A stretch of DNA of 64,000 nt from an uncultured Actinomycetota bacterium (lineage in GTDB: Bacteria > Actinomycetota > Actinomycetes > Mycobacteriales > CADCTP01), in assembly GCA_963766325.1 (NCBI GenBank), contig CAVXZF010000007.1, positions 935,794 to 999,793 on the forward strand, in the 5' to 3' direction. This document shows, piece after piece, positions 25,341 to 33,954 of this stretch (its first letter is position 1; each line of letters opens with the position of its first letter). The notes beneath the pieces are model-generated. The model was not told the DNA's origin. It made no database searches and was given only the letters and a program-made list of their open reading frames with translations. The position numbers were made by a program, and so were the translations under genes.

Positions 25341-26567
25341 ATGGACGTCCAGGACGGGCTCGGCGGCGGTGGCGAGCAGGGGATGTGGGAGCCGGACGGC
25401 GCCGGCAGCGGGTCCGGCTCGACCGACCCGAGCGGCTACGACGGCGCGTACGACGACGGCGGCACCGACGGCTCCGGCGGCTACGACGACGGCACCGAGG
25501 ACGGCGGCACCGACGACGACGGCACCGACGACGGCTCCGGCACCGGCTCCTCCGGGGGCGAGGGCGGCGACGGCGGGACCCGGCCGGCCGGCGGCACGCT
25601 GACCGTCGAGGTGGAGGGGCAGACCCGCGAGCTGCCGGCCGAGCGGGACTACACCGGCGACGGCCGCCCGGACGCGGCCGCGGAGACCTCGGACGGCAAG
25701 GTGATCATCTTCGCCGACACCGAGAACAACGAGACCGGCGCCGTCGGGCCGGACGGCAAGGCCGACGAGGCGTACGTGGTCGACAAGGAGACCGGCCGGG
25801 TGGTGGGCGCGGCCCACATCGACCCCGCCTCCGGCGAGTGGGTCGAGGGCACCGACACAGACGGGCCGAGCGCGACCCAGCCGGCCGGGTCCGGTGGCGA
25901 CCCGGGCACCACCCGGGACGGCGGCTCCGGCGAGACGCCCGTCGTGATGGTGGAGGTCGGCGGCCAGGAGATCGGCGTCCCGCTCACCGTGGACACCGAC
26001 GGGGACGGCCAGGCCGACAGCGGGGTCATCTATCAGGACGGCAAGGCGATCGTGCTGACCAGCACCGACGCCGACCCGGCGGCGGAGCAGGCGACGGTGG
26101 TGGACCCGGCCACGGGGCAGGTCGTCCAGGTGTCGCACGTCGACCCCGAGACCGGCGAGTGGGAGGACGGCCCGGCACCGAGCCCCGGCGGCGAGCCCGG
26201 CTCCGGCGGCCCGGGCACCGGCGGCGAGCCGGGTGCTGGATCGGACACCATGGTCGTCGACCTCGGCGGGCAGAGCCGCGAGCTGCCGGCCGAGCGGGAC
26301 TACACCGGAGACGGCCGCCCGGACGCGGCCGCGGAGACCAAGGACGGCAAGGTCATCGTGTTCGCCGACACCGAGAACAACGAGACCGGCGCCGCCGGGC
26401 CGGACGGCAAGGCCGACGAGGCGTACGTGGTGGACAAGGAGACCGGCCGGGTGGTGGGCGCCGCGCACGTGGACCCGCGCACCGGTGAGTGGGTGGAGGG
26501 CGTCGACACCGACGGCTCCCCGGCGGTGCCGGCCGCCAGCGGCGGCGGGAGCGGGGTGGACAGCTGA
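25341..26567 (+). CDS. hypothetical acidic protein with a Gly/Asp-rich N-terminus and three ~90-aa internal repeats carrying DxxGDGxxD (FG-GAP/VCBS-like Ca-binding-type) motifs
   Basis: 408 aa. GGAAGG RBS 7 nt upstream of the ATG. The repeats ELPAERDYTGDGRPDAAAET.DGKVI.FADTENNETGA.GPDGKADEAYVVDKETGRVVGAAH.DP..GEWVEG.DTDG occur twice nearly identically, with a diverged middle copy (VDTDGDGQADSGVIYQDGKAIVL...). Confidence 0.7.
   Translation: MDVQDGLGGGGEQGMWEPDGAGSGSGSTDPSGYDGAYDDGGTDGSGGYDDGTEDGGTDDDGTDDGSGTGSSGGEGGDGGTRPAGGTLTVEVEGQTRELPAERDYTGDGRPDAAAETSDGKVIIFADTENNETGAVGPDGKADEAYVVDKETGRVVGAAHIDPASGEWVEGTDTDGPSATQPAGSGGDPGTTRDGGSGETPVVMVEVGGQEIGVPLTVDTDGDGQADSGVIYQDGKAIVLTSTDADPAAEQATVVDPATGQVVQVSHVDPETGEWEDGPAPSPGGEPGSGGPGTGGEPGAGSDTMVVDLGGQSRELPAERDYTGDGRPDAAAETKDGKVIVFADTENNETGAAGPDGKADEAYVVDKETGRVVGAAHVDPRTGEWVEGVDTDGSPAVPAASGGGSGVDS
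25626..25865 (+). repeat. Intragenic direct repeat, copy 1 (partner at 26277-26516, offset 651 bp)
   Basis: The nucleotide strings are near-identical by eye over ~240 bp. Confidence 0.8.
26277..26516 (+). repeat. Intragenic direct repeat, copy 2
   Basis: See 25626-25865. Confidence 0.8.
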
Positions 26568-27478
26568 CCGGTACGGACTCCCCGGACGAGCTCGCCGGCC
26601 GCGTCGACGATGCGGCCGACGAGCTCTACGGGCTGCCGCCGGAGGACTTCACCGCCGCCCGGGACGAGCGGGTGCGGGCGGCCCGGGCGGCCGGCGACCG
26701 CAAGCTGGCCGCCGCGCTGGGCCGACTGCGCCGGCCGACGGTCAGCGCCTGGGTGCTCAACCTGCTGGTCCGCGACCAGCCCGAGGTGGCCGAGCAGCTG
26801 GTCGAGCTGGGCGCTGAGCTTCGCCGGGCGCAGGAGCAGCTCAGCGGGCCGGCGCTGCGGGAGCTGGCCGGCCAGCGGCAGCGGCTGGTCTCGGCGCTGG
26901 TCCGCTCGGCCCGCAAGCTGGCCGCCGAGGCCGGGCACCCGGTGAGCGCGGCCACCGGCTTCGAGCTGGAGCAGACCCTGCACGCGGCGCTGGCCGACCC
27001 GGACGTGGCCGCCGAGGTCGGCTCCGGGCGGCTGGCCAGGCCGGCCAGCCGGACCGGCTTCGAGGCCGAGGCGCCGGCCAAGCCGGAGCGGTTGGCCCCG
27101 GTCCGCCGGCTGCGCGCGGTCCGCGACGACGAGCGGGCCGAGGACCCGGCGGTGGTCCGGGAGCGGCGCCGCCAGGAGCTGGAGCGGGAGCGGCTGCGGG
27201 GCGAGCTGGCCGAGGCCGAGCAGGCCCGGGCCGAGCAGGACGAGGCGCTGGCCGAGGCCGAGCAGGCGCTGACCGCCGCGGAGCGGCAGCGGACCGAGGC
27301 CGAGGAGACGGCCGAGGACCTGCGGACCCGGCTGTCCGAGGCCGAGGACGCCGAGCGGGACGCGCTGCGGGACGAGCGGGAGGCGCAGCGCACCCGGGAC
27401 GGGATCGCCCGGCGCCGGGACGCGGCCGCGCGCAAGGCGGCCGACCTGGCCGCCCGGCTCGGCGACCTGGAGTCCTAG
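26489..27478 (+). CDS. hypothetical protein, conserved N-terminal ELYGLPPEDFTAARD module plus a long charged coiled-coil C-terminus (start uncertain)
   Basis: ORF-track protein. The C-terminal ~110 aa are E/R/A-rich heptad-like (ELERERLRGELAEAEQARAEQDEALAEAEQALTAAERQRTEAEE...). The only canonical in-frame start upstream of the conserved N-terminus is the GTG at 26489, which overlaps the upstream gene by 79 nt. A CTG at 26564 overlaps the upstream TGA. Confidence 0.6.
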   Translation: MGGGRRHRRLPGGAGRQRRRERGGQLTGTDSPDELAGRVDDAADELYGLPPEDFTAARDERVRAARAAGDRKLAAALGRLRRPTVSAWVLNLLVRDQPEVAEQLVELGAELRRAQEQLSGPALRELAGQRQRLVSALVRSARKLAAEAGHPVSAATGFELEQTLHAALADPDVAAEVGSGRLARPASRTGFEAEAPAKPERLAPVRRLRAVRDDERAEDPAVVRERRRQELERERLRGELAEAEQARAEQDEALAEAEQALTAAERQRTEAEETAEDLRTRLSEAEDAERDALRDEREAQRTRDGIARRRDAAARKAADLAARLGDLES

Positions 27479-27527
27479 GGGGTGTCTGCCGGATGTCGGC
27501 GCCGCCAGATGTCCGGCAGCCACCCCC
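27478..27527. terminator. Bidirectional hairpin between convergent genes
   Basis: GGGGGTGTCTGCCGGA ... TCCGGCAGCCACCCCC, a 16-nt arm pair with one mismatch, spanning exactly from one stop codon to the other. Confidence 0.5.
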
Positions 27528-28948
27528 TACAGGCCGTACGTCTCCAGCAGGCGGAGCCAGACCTCGCTGACCGTCGGGTACGACGGGACCGCGTGCCAGA
27601 GCCGGTCCAGCGGCACCTCGCCGACCACGGCCACCGTCGCCGAGTGCAGCAGCTCGGCGGTGTCCGCGCCGACGAAGGTGGCCCCCACCACCACCTGCCG
27701 GTCGGTGTCCACCACCAGGGTCGCGTGCCCGGTGTAGCCGTCGGCCAGCAGCGCGGCTCCGGACACCTTGCCGAGGTCGTACGACACCGCGCGGACCGGC
27801 AGCCCCCGCTCCCGCGCCTGCGCCTCGGTCAGCCCGACCGAGCACACCTGCGGGTCGGTGAACACGACCTGCGGCACCCAGGCGTCGTCGGCGAGCGCCC
27901 GGTGGCCGGGCCGGTCGTCCGGCTCGCCGGCGGCGCGGGCCGCGATCACGTCCCCGGCCACCCGCGCCTGGTACTTGCCCATGTGGGTGAGCAGGTTGCG
28001 CCCGGTGACGTCGCCGCAGGCGTACAGCCAACCGCCGAGGGCCTGCATGCTGTCGTCCACCTCGACGTACCGGCCCGGCTCCAGTCCGACGGTCTCCAGC
28101 CCGAGGTCGGCGGTCGCCGGGGTGCGGCCGACCGCGACCAGCAGCTCGTCGCCGACCAGCTCGCGGCCGTCCTCGAGCACCAGGGTGATCTCGCCGCCGG
28201 GCTGCGGGCGGCGTACGGCGGTCGCCTTCGACCCGGTGAGCACGGTGATCCCGGCCTTCTCGAACGCGGCGGTCAGCAGCTCGCCGGCCCCCGGCTCGGT
28301 GCGCGGCAGCAGCCGCGGCCCGTGCTGGACGACGGTGACCTCCTCGCTGCCGAGCCCGCGCATGGCCTGCGCCATCTCGCAGCCGACCACGCCGCCGCCG
28401 AGCACCAGCAGCCGGCGCGGGGCGGCCGCCGCATTGGTGGCCTCGCGGCTGGTCCACGGGCGGGCCTCGCGCAGGCCGGGCACCGGCGGCACGGTCGCGA
28501 CCGTGCCGGTGGCCAGCACCACGGCGTGCCGGGCGGTCAGCGTCCGGGTGCCGCCGTCCGGGGTGGCCACCGCGACGGTCCGCTCGCCGGCCACCCGGCC
28601 GTGGCCGCGGACGAAGTCGATGCCGGCGCCGCCCAGCCACTCCACCTGCCCGGTGTCGTCGTGCCCGAAGGGCCTGTCCGGGTCCCGCCCGACGAACGAG
28701 TCGCGCCGGGCCAGCACCCCGGCCGGGTCCAGCTCGGCGGTGACGCCGGGCAGCCGGTGCGCGGCGGCGACCAGCTCGACCGGGCGGAGCAGCGCCTTGC
28801 TCGGCATGCAGGCCCAGTACGAGCACTCGCCGCCGACCAGCTCGTGCTCGACCAGCACGGCGGACAGCCCGCCGCGGTGGGCGCGGTCGGCGACGTTCTC
28901 CCCCGGCGGCCCGCCGCCGATCACGACGACGTCGTAGTCCTCGGCCAT
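27527..28948 (-). CDS. FAD/NAD(P)-dependent pyridine nucleotide-disulfide oxidoreductase (dihydrolipoamide dehydrogenase family)
   Basis: 473 aa. YDVVVIGGGPPGENVA (FAD GxGxxG), redox-active GGECSYWACMPSK, a second Rossmann LVLGGGVVGCEMA, and a C-terminal dimerisation region HAVPSYPTVSE. Confidence 0.85.
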   Translation of the reverse strand: MAEDYDVVVIGGGPPGENVADRAHRGGLSAVLVEHELVGGECSYWACMPSKALLRPVELVAAAHRLPGVTAELDPAGVLARRDSFVGRDPDRPFGHDDTGQVEWLGGAGIDFVRGHGRVAGERTVAVATPDGGTRTLTARHAVVLATGTVATVPPVPGLREARPWTSREATNAAAAPRRLLVLGGGVVGCEMAQAMRGLGSEEVTVVQHGPRLLPRTEPGAGELLTAAFEKAGITVLTGSKATAVRRPQPGGEITLVLEDGRELVGDELLVAVGRTPATADLGLETVGLEPGRYVEVDDSMQALGGWLYACGDVTGRNLLTHMGKYQARVAGDVIAARAAGEPDDRPGHRALADDAWVPQVVFTDPQVCSVGLTEAQARERGLPVRAVSYDLGKVSGAALLADGYTGHATLVVDTDRQVVVGATFVGADTAELLHSATVAVVGEVPLDRLWHAVPSYPTVSEVWLRLLETYGL

Positions 28949-28958
28949 GGTGTCCCCC

Positions 28959-29594
28959 TCAGCGCGGCCCGACGCCGAGGTCGGCGGCGAGCGTGGTCGG
29001 ATCGGTGAACAGCACGGCCCGCAGGCCGACCGCGGCCGCGCCGGCCACGTTGGCCGGGCGGTCGTCGACGAACGTCACCTCGGCCGGGTCGGCCCCCAGC
29101 TCGGCCAGCACCTCGGTGTACGCGACCGGGTCCGGCTTGGTGGCCCGCAGCCGGCAGCTGTAGAAGCGGCGCGGCACGACCTGCATCCAGTCCAGCTCGT
29201 CCACCGCGTCGGCCAGGCTGGCGGGCGCGTTGGAGAGCAGCGCCAGCCCCGTCCCGGCCTCGGCCAGCGCGGCCGCGACGGCCAGGCTGCCCGGCTGCGG
29301 GTGCAGCCAGCCGGCGACGTCGGCCGCGTCGAGCGCGGCCAGCTCGGCCGGGTCCGGGGCCCGGCCCAGGACCTGGGCCCAGTACGCCGCCAGGTCCAGC
29401 TCCGCCCGGTCGTACGCCGGCCGCTCGCGCCAGTAGCCCTCCCAGAACCGCCCCACCGCCGCCGCGTCGTCCGGGTCCAGCCCCGCCGCCGCCACCAGCG
29501 CCCGCCGGTCCCCCTCGGGCTGCCCGGTGCACAGCACCGCCCCGTAGTCGAACAACACCCACCCCACCACGCCCGCATCCTCGCAGGCCGCCAC
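28959..29594 (-). CDS. HAD-superfamily hydrolase
   Basis: VLFDYGAVL (DxG-type motif I), LALLSN (motif II) and FVDDRPANVAGA (motif IV). The start may be an internal GTG a few codons in. Confidence 0.7.
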   Translation of the reverse strand: MAACEDAGVVGWVLFDYGAVLCTGQPEGDRRALVAAAGLDPDDAAAVGRFWEGYWRERPAYDRAELDLAAYWAQVLGRAPDPAELAALDAADVAGWLHPQPGSLAVAAALAEAGTGLALLSNAPASLADAVDELDWMQVVPRRFYSCRLRATKPDPVAYTEVLAELGADPAEVTFVDDRPANVAGAAAVGLRAVLFTDPTTLAADLGVGPR

Positions 29595-29606
29595 CGGCGG
29601 GCCCGG

Positions 29607-30278
29607 TCAGGTGGCGCGGGTGGCGCCCTGGCGGGTGCCGTCGGGGGTGAAGGGCGTGTCGTCGTCGGCGAGCTCCTCGTCGCCGCGGCGCTTGAGCAGG
29701 CTGATGCCGGGCAGGCCGGCGACCGCGCGACGCAGGTCGTCCACGGACTCGAGCAGGGAGTGCAGGTCCGGCGCCATCTCGTTGAGCCGGCCGAGCAGCG
29801 GCAGCACGTCCCGGTCAACCGCGTCGAGCAGCGGCGGCAGCCGGTCGGCCAGCCCGACCAGCGCGGTGACCTGGCGCGGGGACATCAGCTCGGCCAGCCG
29901 GTCCAGGGTGGGCTGCAGGGTGGCCAGCACCGGCGCATACGCCCCCACCAGCGCGCCGGCCGACTCGCGGACCTCATCGGCACCGATGGCGACGCCTCGT
30001 GCCTCCACCGCGACCGCCCCGGACAGCTTGGCCACCCGGTCCGCCTCGATGACCACGGCGGCCGCTCCGGCCGCCACCTCGTCCGCCTGCCGGGCGGTGA
30101 CCGTCACCTCGGCCAGCAGCACGTCGAAACGGGCGGCGGTCTGCTCCAGCCGGTCCATCAGCCGGAGCACCCGCGCCGGCAGGCCGACCAGCGCGAAGGC
30201 GGTGGCGCCGGCACGACCGGCGACGGACAGGACCGTGGACGGCCCGGGCAGCGACATCACGCGGCGGTCCATACCCAT
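29607..30278 (-). CDS. hypothetical Ala/Leu-rich helical protein
   Basis: 223-aa ORF with coding-like third-position GC bias and no recognisable motif. The annotated start lies only 13 bp from the divergent xthA start, so the true start is probably internal (e.g. MSLPGPS...). Confidence 0.45.
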   Translation of the reverse strand: MGMDRRVMSLPGPSTVLSVAGRAGATAFALVGLPARVLRLMDRLEQTAARFDVLLAEVTVTARQADEVAAGAAAVVIEADRVAKLSGAVAVEARGVAIGADEVRESAGALVGAYAPVLATLQPTLDRLAELMSPRQVTALVGLADRLPPLLDAVDRDVLPLLGRLNEMAPDLHSLLESVDDLRRAVAGLPGISLLKRRGDEELADDDTPFTPDGTRQGATRAT

Positions 30279-30291
30279 CTACGGTGTCCGC

Positions 30292-31176
30292 GTGCGCCTC
30301 GCGACCTGGAACGTGAACTCGGCCAAGGTCCGGCTGCCGCGGCTGCTCGACTGGCTGGACCAGCGGCGGCCGGACGTGGTGACGCTGCAGGAGACCAAGC
30401 TGCCGGACGCGGAGTTCGCCTCGGTCTTCGACGCCGAGCTGTCCGCCCGCGGCTACGCGTACGCGCACGCCGGCGACGGCCGGTGGAACGGTGTCGCCAT
30501 CCTGTCCCGGGTCGGCCTGGACGACGTGGCGGTCGGCTTCCCCGGCCAGCCCGGCTTCCCGGACCCGGCCGGACCGCCGGAGACCCGCGCGCTCGCGGCC
30601 AGCTGCGCCGGCGTCCGGGTCTGGTCGCTGTACGTGCCGAACGGCCGCTCCCCGGACGACCCGCACTTCGCGTACAAGCTGGCCTGGCTCAAGGCGCTGA
30701 CCACCGTGCTGCCGGCGGTGGACGTGTCCCGCACGGTGCTCACCGGCGACATGAACATCGCGCCGGCCGACCAGGACGTCTGGGACATCGCCAAGTTCGG
30801 CGAGTCGACCCACGTGACGCCGCAGGAGCGGGCCGCGCTGGCCGAGTTGCAGGAGGTCGGGCTGACCGACGTGCTGCGGGCCCGGTGGCCGACCGAGCGA
30901 GTGTTCACGTACTGGGACTACCGGGCCGGCGCGTTCCACCAGGACCTGGGCATGCGGATCGACCTGGTGCTGGCCGGCTCCGCGGTGGCCGAGCGGGTGC
31001 GGGCGGTGTGGGTGGACCGGCAGGCCCGCAAGGGCACCGGCCCGAGCGACCACGCGCCGGTGATGGTGGACCTGGACGAGGCGCCGGACGGCGACCTCGG
31101 CCCGGTCGTCCCGCCGCCGTCCTCGCCGGGCGGGACCCTCAAGCCCGGCAGCGGTGCGACCCGCCGCCGGAGGTAG
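30292..31176 (+). CDS. xthA: exodeoxyribonuclease III (AP endonuclease family)
   Basis: GTG start, VRLATWNVNSAKVRLPRLLDWLDQRRPDVVTLQETK...LTGDMNIAP...SDHAPVMVDL. ~30-aa Pro-rich C-terminal tail. Confidence 0.9.
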   Translation: MRLATWNVNSAKVRLPRLLDWLDQRRPDVVTLQETKLPDAEFASVFDAELSARGYAYAHAGDGRWNGVAILSRVGLDDVAVGFPGQPGFPDPAGPPETRALAASCAGVRVWSLYVPNGRSPDDPHFAYKLAWLKALTTVLPAVDVSRTVLTGDMNIAPADQDVWDIAKFGESTHVTPQERAALAELQEVGLTDVLRARWPTERVFTYWDYRAGAFHQDLGMRIDLVLAGSAVAERVRAVWVDRQARKGTGPSDHAPVMVDLDEAPDGDLGPVVPPPSSPGGTLKPGSGATRRRR

Positions 31177-31185
31177 CGTGGTCGC

Positions 31186-31536
31186 GTGCGCCGGCTGCTC
31201 GCCCCCCAGTGGCTGGCCTGGCACGCGCTGGCGCTGGTGGTGACGGTCGTCTTCTTCCGGCTCGGGCTGTGGCAGTGGCACCAGGCGGTCGCCACCGGCT
31301 CCCCGCAGAACATGGGCTACGCCCTGCAGTGGCCGGTCTTCGCGCTCTTCGGGGTGGGCATCTGGTGGCGGGTGTGCCGGGACGCGGTCCGCCCGCGGCC
31401 GGCCGACAGGCCCCGCAAGCCGGTCCGCCGCCCCGCCCCGGAGCCGGCGCCCGCCGTCCCGGTGACCGACGAGGAGGACCCCGAGTTGGCCGCGTACAAC
31501 CGCTACCTCGCCGAGCTCAACGAGGGCCCCCGATGA
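31186..31536 (+). CDS. small membrane protein (2 predicted TM helices, Pro/Arg-rich tail)
   Basis: 116 aa, LAWHALALVVTVVFFRLGLWQW and WPVFALFGVGIWW. The stop overlaps the next start (ATGA). Confidence 0.55.
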   Translation: MRRLLAPQWLAWHALALVVTVVFFRLGLWQWHQAVATGSPQNMGYALQWPVFALFGVGIWWRVCRDAVRPRPADRPRKPVRRPAPEPAPAVPVTDEEDPELAAYNRYLAELNEGPR

Positions 31537-31928
31537 GCGAGCGCGAGGGCTCGCAGCGCGAGCCGGGAGCGACGAGGCCCGGCCGGTCGGCGCTTGCGCC
31601 TGCCGGCCTGGCCGAGGAGCGGAAGCTGCGGGGGGCGCTGGCCCGCTATCGGGTGATGGCGTACGTGGTGGGCGTCTGGCTGGTCCTGCTGGTGCTGGTG
31701 GCGATGCCGCTGAAGTATCTCGCCGACTCCCCGACCATGGTGGAGATCGTCGGCCCGGTGCACGGCTTCCTCTACATGGCCTACCTGGCCACCGCGGTCG
31801 ACCTGGCCTTCCGGGTCCGCTGGTCGGCGGTGAAGACGGTGCTGATCATGCTGGCCGGGACGGTGCCGTTCGTGTCCTTCTACGCCGAGCGCAAGGTGAC
31901 GGCCGAGCTGGCCGCGACGGTCAGCTGA
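31533..31928 (+). CDS. DUF3817-type integral membrane protein
   Basis: 131 aa, LRGALARYRVMAYVVGVWLVLLVLVAMPLKY...GPVHGFLYMAYL...LAGTVPFVSFYAERKV. This is the last part of a chimeric 993-aa track ORF. Confidence 0.7.
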   Translation: MSEREGSQREPGATRPGRSALAPAGLAEERKLRGALARYRVMAYVVGVWLVLLVLVAMPLKYLADSPTMVEIVGPVHGFLYMAYLATAVDLAFRVRWSAVKTVLIMLAGTVPFVSFYAERKVTAELAATVS

Positions 31929-32406
31929 CCCACACGCCCAGCAGCCAGACGCCGAACATCAGCGCCGCGGCGGTCAGCTCGATGAGCAGTCCGACCCCGA
32001 TGGCGACCAGCGCCGCCCGGGTCGACACCCAGGCCCGGCCGCCGTCGCGGAGCCGCGCGTACTCGGCGCCGTAGATCCCCGCCACCCCGCCGACGAGCAC
32101 GCCGACGATGGGGATGACGAAGAACCCGACCACCGCGCCCGCGGCGCCCGCCAACAGAGTGGACAGCGGGGCGCCGCGGGCGGCGGCGGAGCGGGCGGGC
32201 AGGACGTACTTGGCCACCGTGCCGAGCACGAGCAGGGCGGTGAGGACCCCGAGGACGGTCCAGCGCAGCGCGCCACCGCCGTCGGCGATCGTCCACCACA
32301 GCCCCGCCGCCCAGATGAGCAGCAGCCCCGGGATGACCGGGACGAACACCCCGACCAGGCCGGCCACCATGGCCAGCCCGACGAGGAGCTGCTCGGACTC
32401 GGACAC
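31921..32406 (-). CDS. DUF456-type membrane protein
   Basis: 161 aa, four hydrophobic helices, FVPVIPGLLLIWAAGLWW...PIVGVLVGGVAGIYGAEY. Confidence 0.65.
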   Translation of the reverse strand: MSESEQLLVGLAMVAGLVGVFVPVIPGLLLIWAAGLWWTIADGGGALRWTVLGVLTALLVLGTVAKYVLPARSAAARGAPLSTLLAGAAGAVVGFFVIPIVGVLVGGVAGIYGAEYARLRDGGRAWVSTRAALVAIGVGLLIELTAAALMFGVWLLGVWVS

Positions 32407-32417
32407 GGGACCTCAGG

Positions 32418-32672
32418 TCAGCGGCGGCGGGTGCCGACGCGCGGCCGGTAGGTGGCGCCGATGCCGGCCAGGTGCAGCGCGAGCAGCAGCATGCCGAGCA
32501 GCAGCAGCGTCATGCTGGTGAAGGCGTCGCCGAGGTCGGCCTCGGCCCAGTCGAGGATGAGAGCGAGTCCGAAGACCACGGCGGCGGCGATAGCAAGCAT
32601 CGTGCGTACCCCTTGACAGAGGAGGACCCCCGTGTGACGACGGGGGTCTACCACCACTGGTTGATCATTCAA
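32418..32672 (-). CDS. small hydrophobic protein (2 TM); true start probably the internal Met (MLAIAAAVVFGL...)
   Basis: 84-aa ORF with two clear TM segments. Confidence 0.4.
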   Translation of the reverse strand: MNDQPVVVDPRRHTGVLLCQGVRTMLAIAAAVVFGLALILDWAEADLGDAFTSMTLLLLGMLLLALHLAGIGATYRPRVGTRRR

Positions 32673-32718
32673 ACTCGTTGCAGGTGGGCCGGCCGGTCGC
32701 CCGGCCGGCCCCGCCCGG

Positions 32719-33954
32719 CTACGCCGATGGCGCCTGGATCACCTCGCCCACGAGTTTGAAGTCCTCACCCTCGAAACGGGAGATCTGCATGGCCTCGATC
32801 GGGTACGGGTCGGACTGCCCGCCGGTCTTCACCGAGATGCCGGGCAGCAGCAGGCCGGGCGTGAAGTCGAGGTTGTACGCCGCGTCCAGCAGGGCCTGCC
32901 GGGTCGGCGCGGCCATCTTCTTGACCACCTCGACCAGCGCCTCGCCGAGGATCCAACCGTAGACGCTGTACGTGTCCAGCGCGTTGGCGTCCGGGGCGTA
33001 CTTGGCGATGTCGGCCCGGTAGCTCTTCATCACCTCGTCGTTGGCCCACTGCGGGTCCTCGGGCGTCTTGAAGTACGACGCGGTCAGGATGCCCTGCGCG
33101 TACTGGAAGCCGACCGGCTTGATGACCAGCTCCTTGGAGGCGGCCACGTTGTTGAGGATGTGGGTGGTCTTCCAGCCGCTCTGCGCGACCGCGCCGATCG
33201 CCTGGGCGCCGGCCTTGGGCGTGCTGATGTCGAGGAAGACGTCGGCCTTGGACGCGGCCAGCTTCTTGACCTGCGGCGCGACGGTCGGGTCGGTCGGCTC
33301 GTACGACTCCTGGGCGACGATGGTGACCCCGCTGCCCGCGATGCCCTCGGTGAACGCGCCGAGCAGGTCCTTGCCGAAGCCGTCGTTCTGGTAGAGCACG
33401 GCCACCTTGGCGTTGGGCTTCTCCGCCTTCAGGTACTGCGCGTAGACCTTCGACTCGGTCCGGTACGTCGGCTGGAAGCCGCTGGTGAACGGGTACTTCG
33501 CCTGCTCGGAGCCGAAGAGCGTGGCCCCGGTGGCGACGAAGAGCTGCGGCACCTTGCGCTGGTTGAGGTAGTCGCGCATGGCCACGTTGTTCGCGGTGCC
33601 CAGCGGGTTGAAGACCGCGAAGACCTTGTCCTGCTCGACCAGCTTGCGGGCGTTGGTCAGCGCCCGCTGCGGCTCGTAGCCGTCGTCGTACGTGACGAAC
33701 TCGATCTTGCGGCCGTTGATCCCGCCGGCCTCGTTGACCTTCTTGAAGTAGCCGGTCAGCGACTTCGGGATCGCGCTGTACGCCGACGCCGGGCCGCTGA
33801 AGGGGTAGCTGCTGCCGATCTTGATGGTGCTGTCGGTGATGCCGGGGTCGGCCGCGGCGCCGCCGCCACCGCCGCCGGCATCCTCGTCACGGCCGCAGGC
33901 CGCGGCCAGCAGCACCAGTGCGGCCAGCAGGGGTATCGCTCGTCGGGACCACAT
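32719..33954 (-). CDS. ABC transporter substrate-binding lipoprotein, branched-chain amino acid (LivJ/K-like) family
   Basis: Start ATG at 33954 (GAGGAGG RBS). MWSRRAIPLLAALVLLAAACG lipobox. IKIGSSYPFSGPASAY...YDDGYEPQRALTNARKLVEQDKVFAVFNPLGT is typical of the Peripla_BP_6 family. Confidence 0.88.
   Translation of the reverse strand: MWSRRAIPLLAALVLLAAACGRDEDAGGGGGGAAADPGITDSTIKIGSSYPFSGPASAYSAIPKSLTGYFKKVNEAGGINGRKIEFVTYDDGYEPQRALTNARKLVEQDKVFAVFNPLGTANNVAMRDYLNQRKVPQLFVATGATLFGSEQAKYPFTSGFQPTYRTESKVYAQYLKAEKPNAKVAVLYQNDGFGKDLLGAFTEGIAGSGVTIVAQESYEPTDPTVAPQVKKLAASKADVFLDISTPKAGAQAIGAVAQSGWKTTHILNNVAASKELVIKPVGFQYAQGILTASYFKTPEDPQWANDEVMKSYRADIAKYAPDANALDTYSVYGWILGEALVEVVKKMAAPTRQALLDAAYNLDFTPGLLLPGISVKTGGQSDPYPIEAMQISRFEGEDFKLVGEVIQAPSA

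Noticed and set aside
25296-26488. 390-aa minus-strand and 393-aa plus-strand alternative-frame ORFs over the acidic repeat protein gene
   Set aside because: These are alternative frames of the same repeat-rich DNA. Only the 25341 frame has an RBS and gives a coherent repeated domain sequence. The others are Arg/Gly/Pro-rich.
28947-31928. 993-aa plus-strand ORF
   Set aside because: Read-through across several real genes on both strands. Only its final 131 aa (31533-31928) correspond to a plausible DUF3817 membrane protein with its own ATG.
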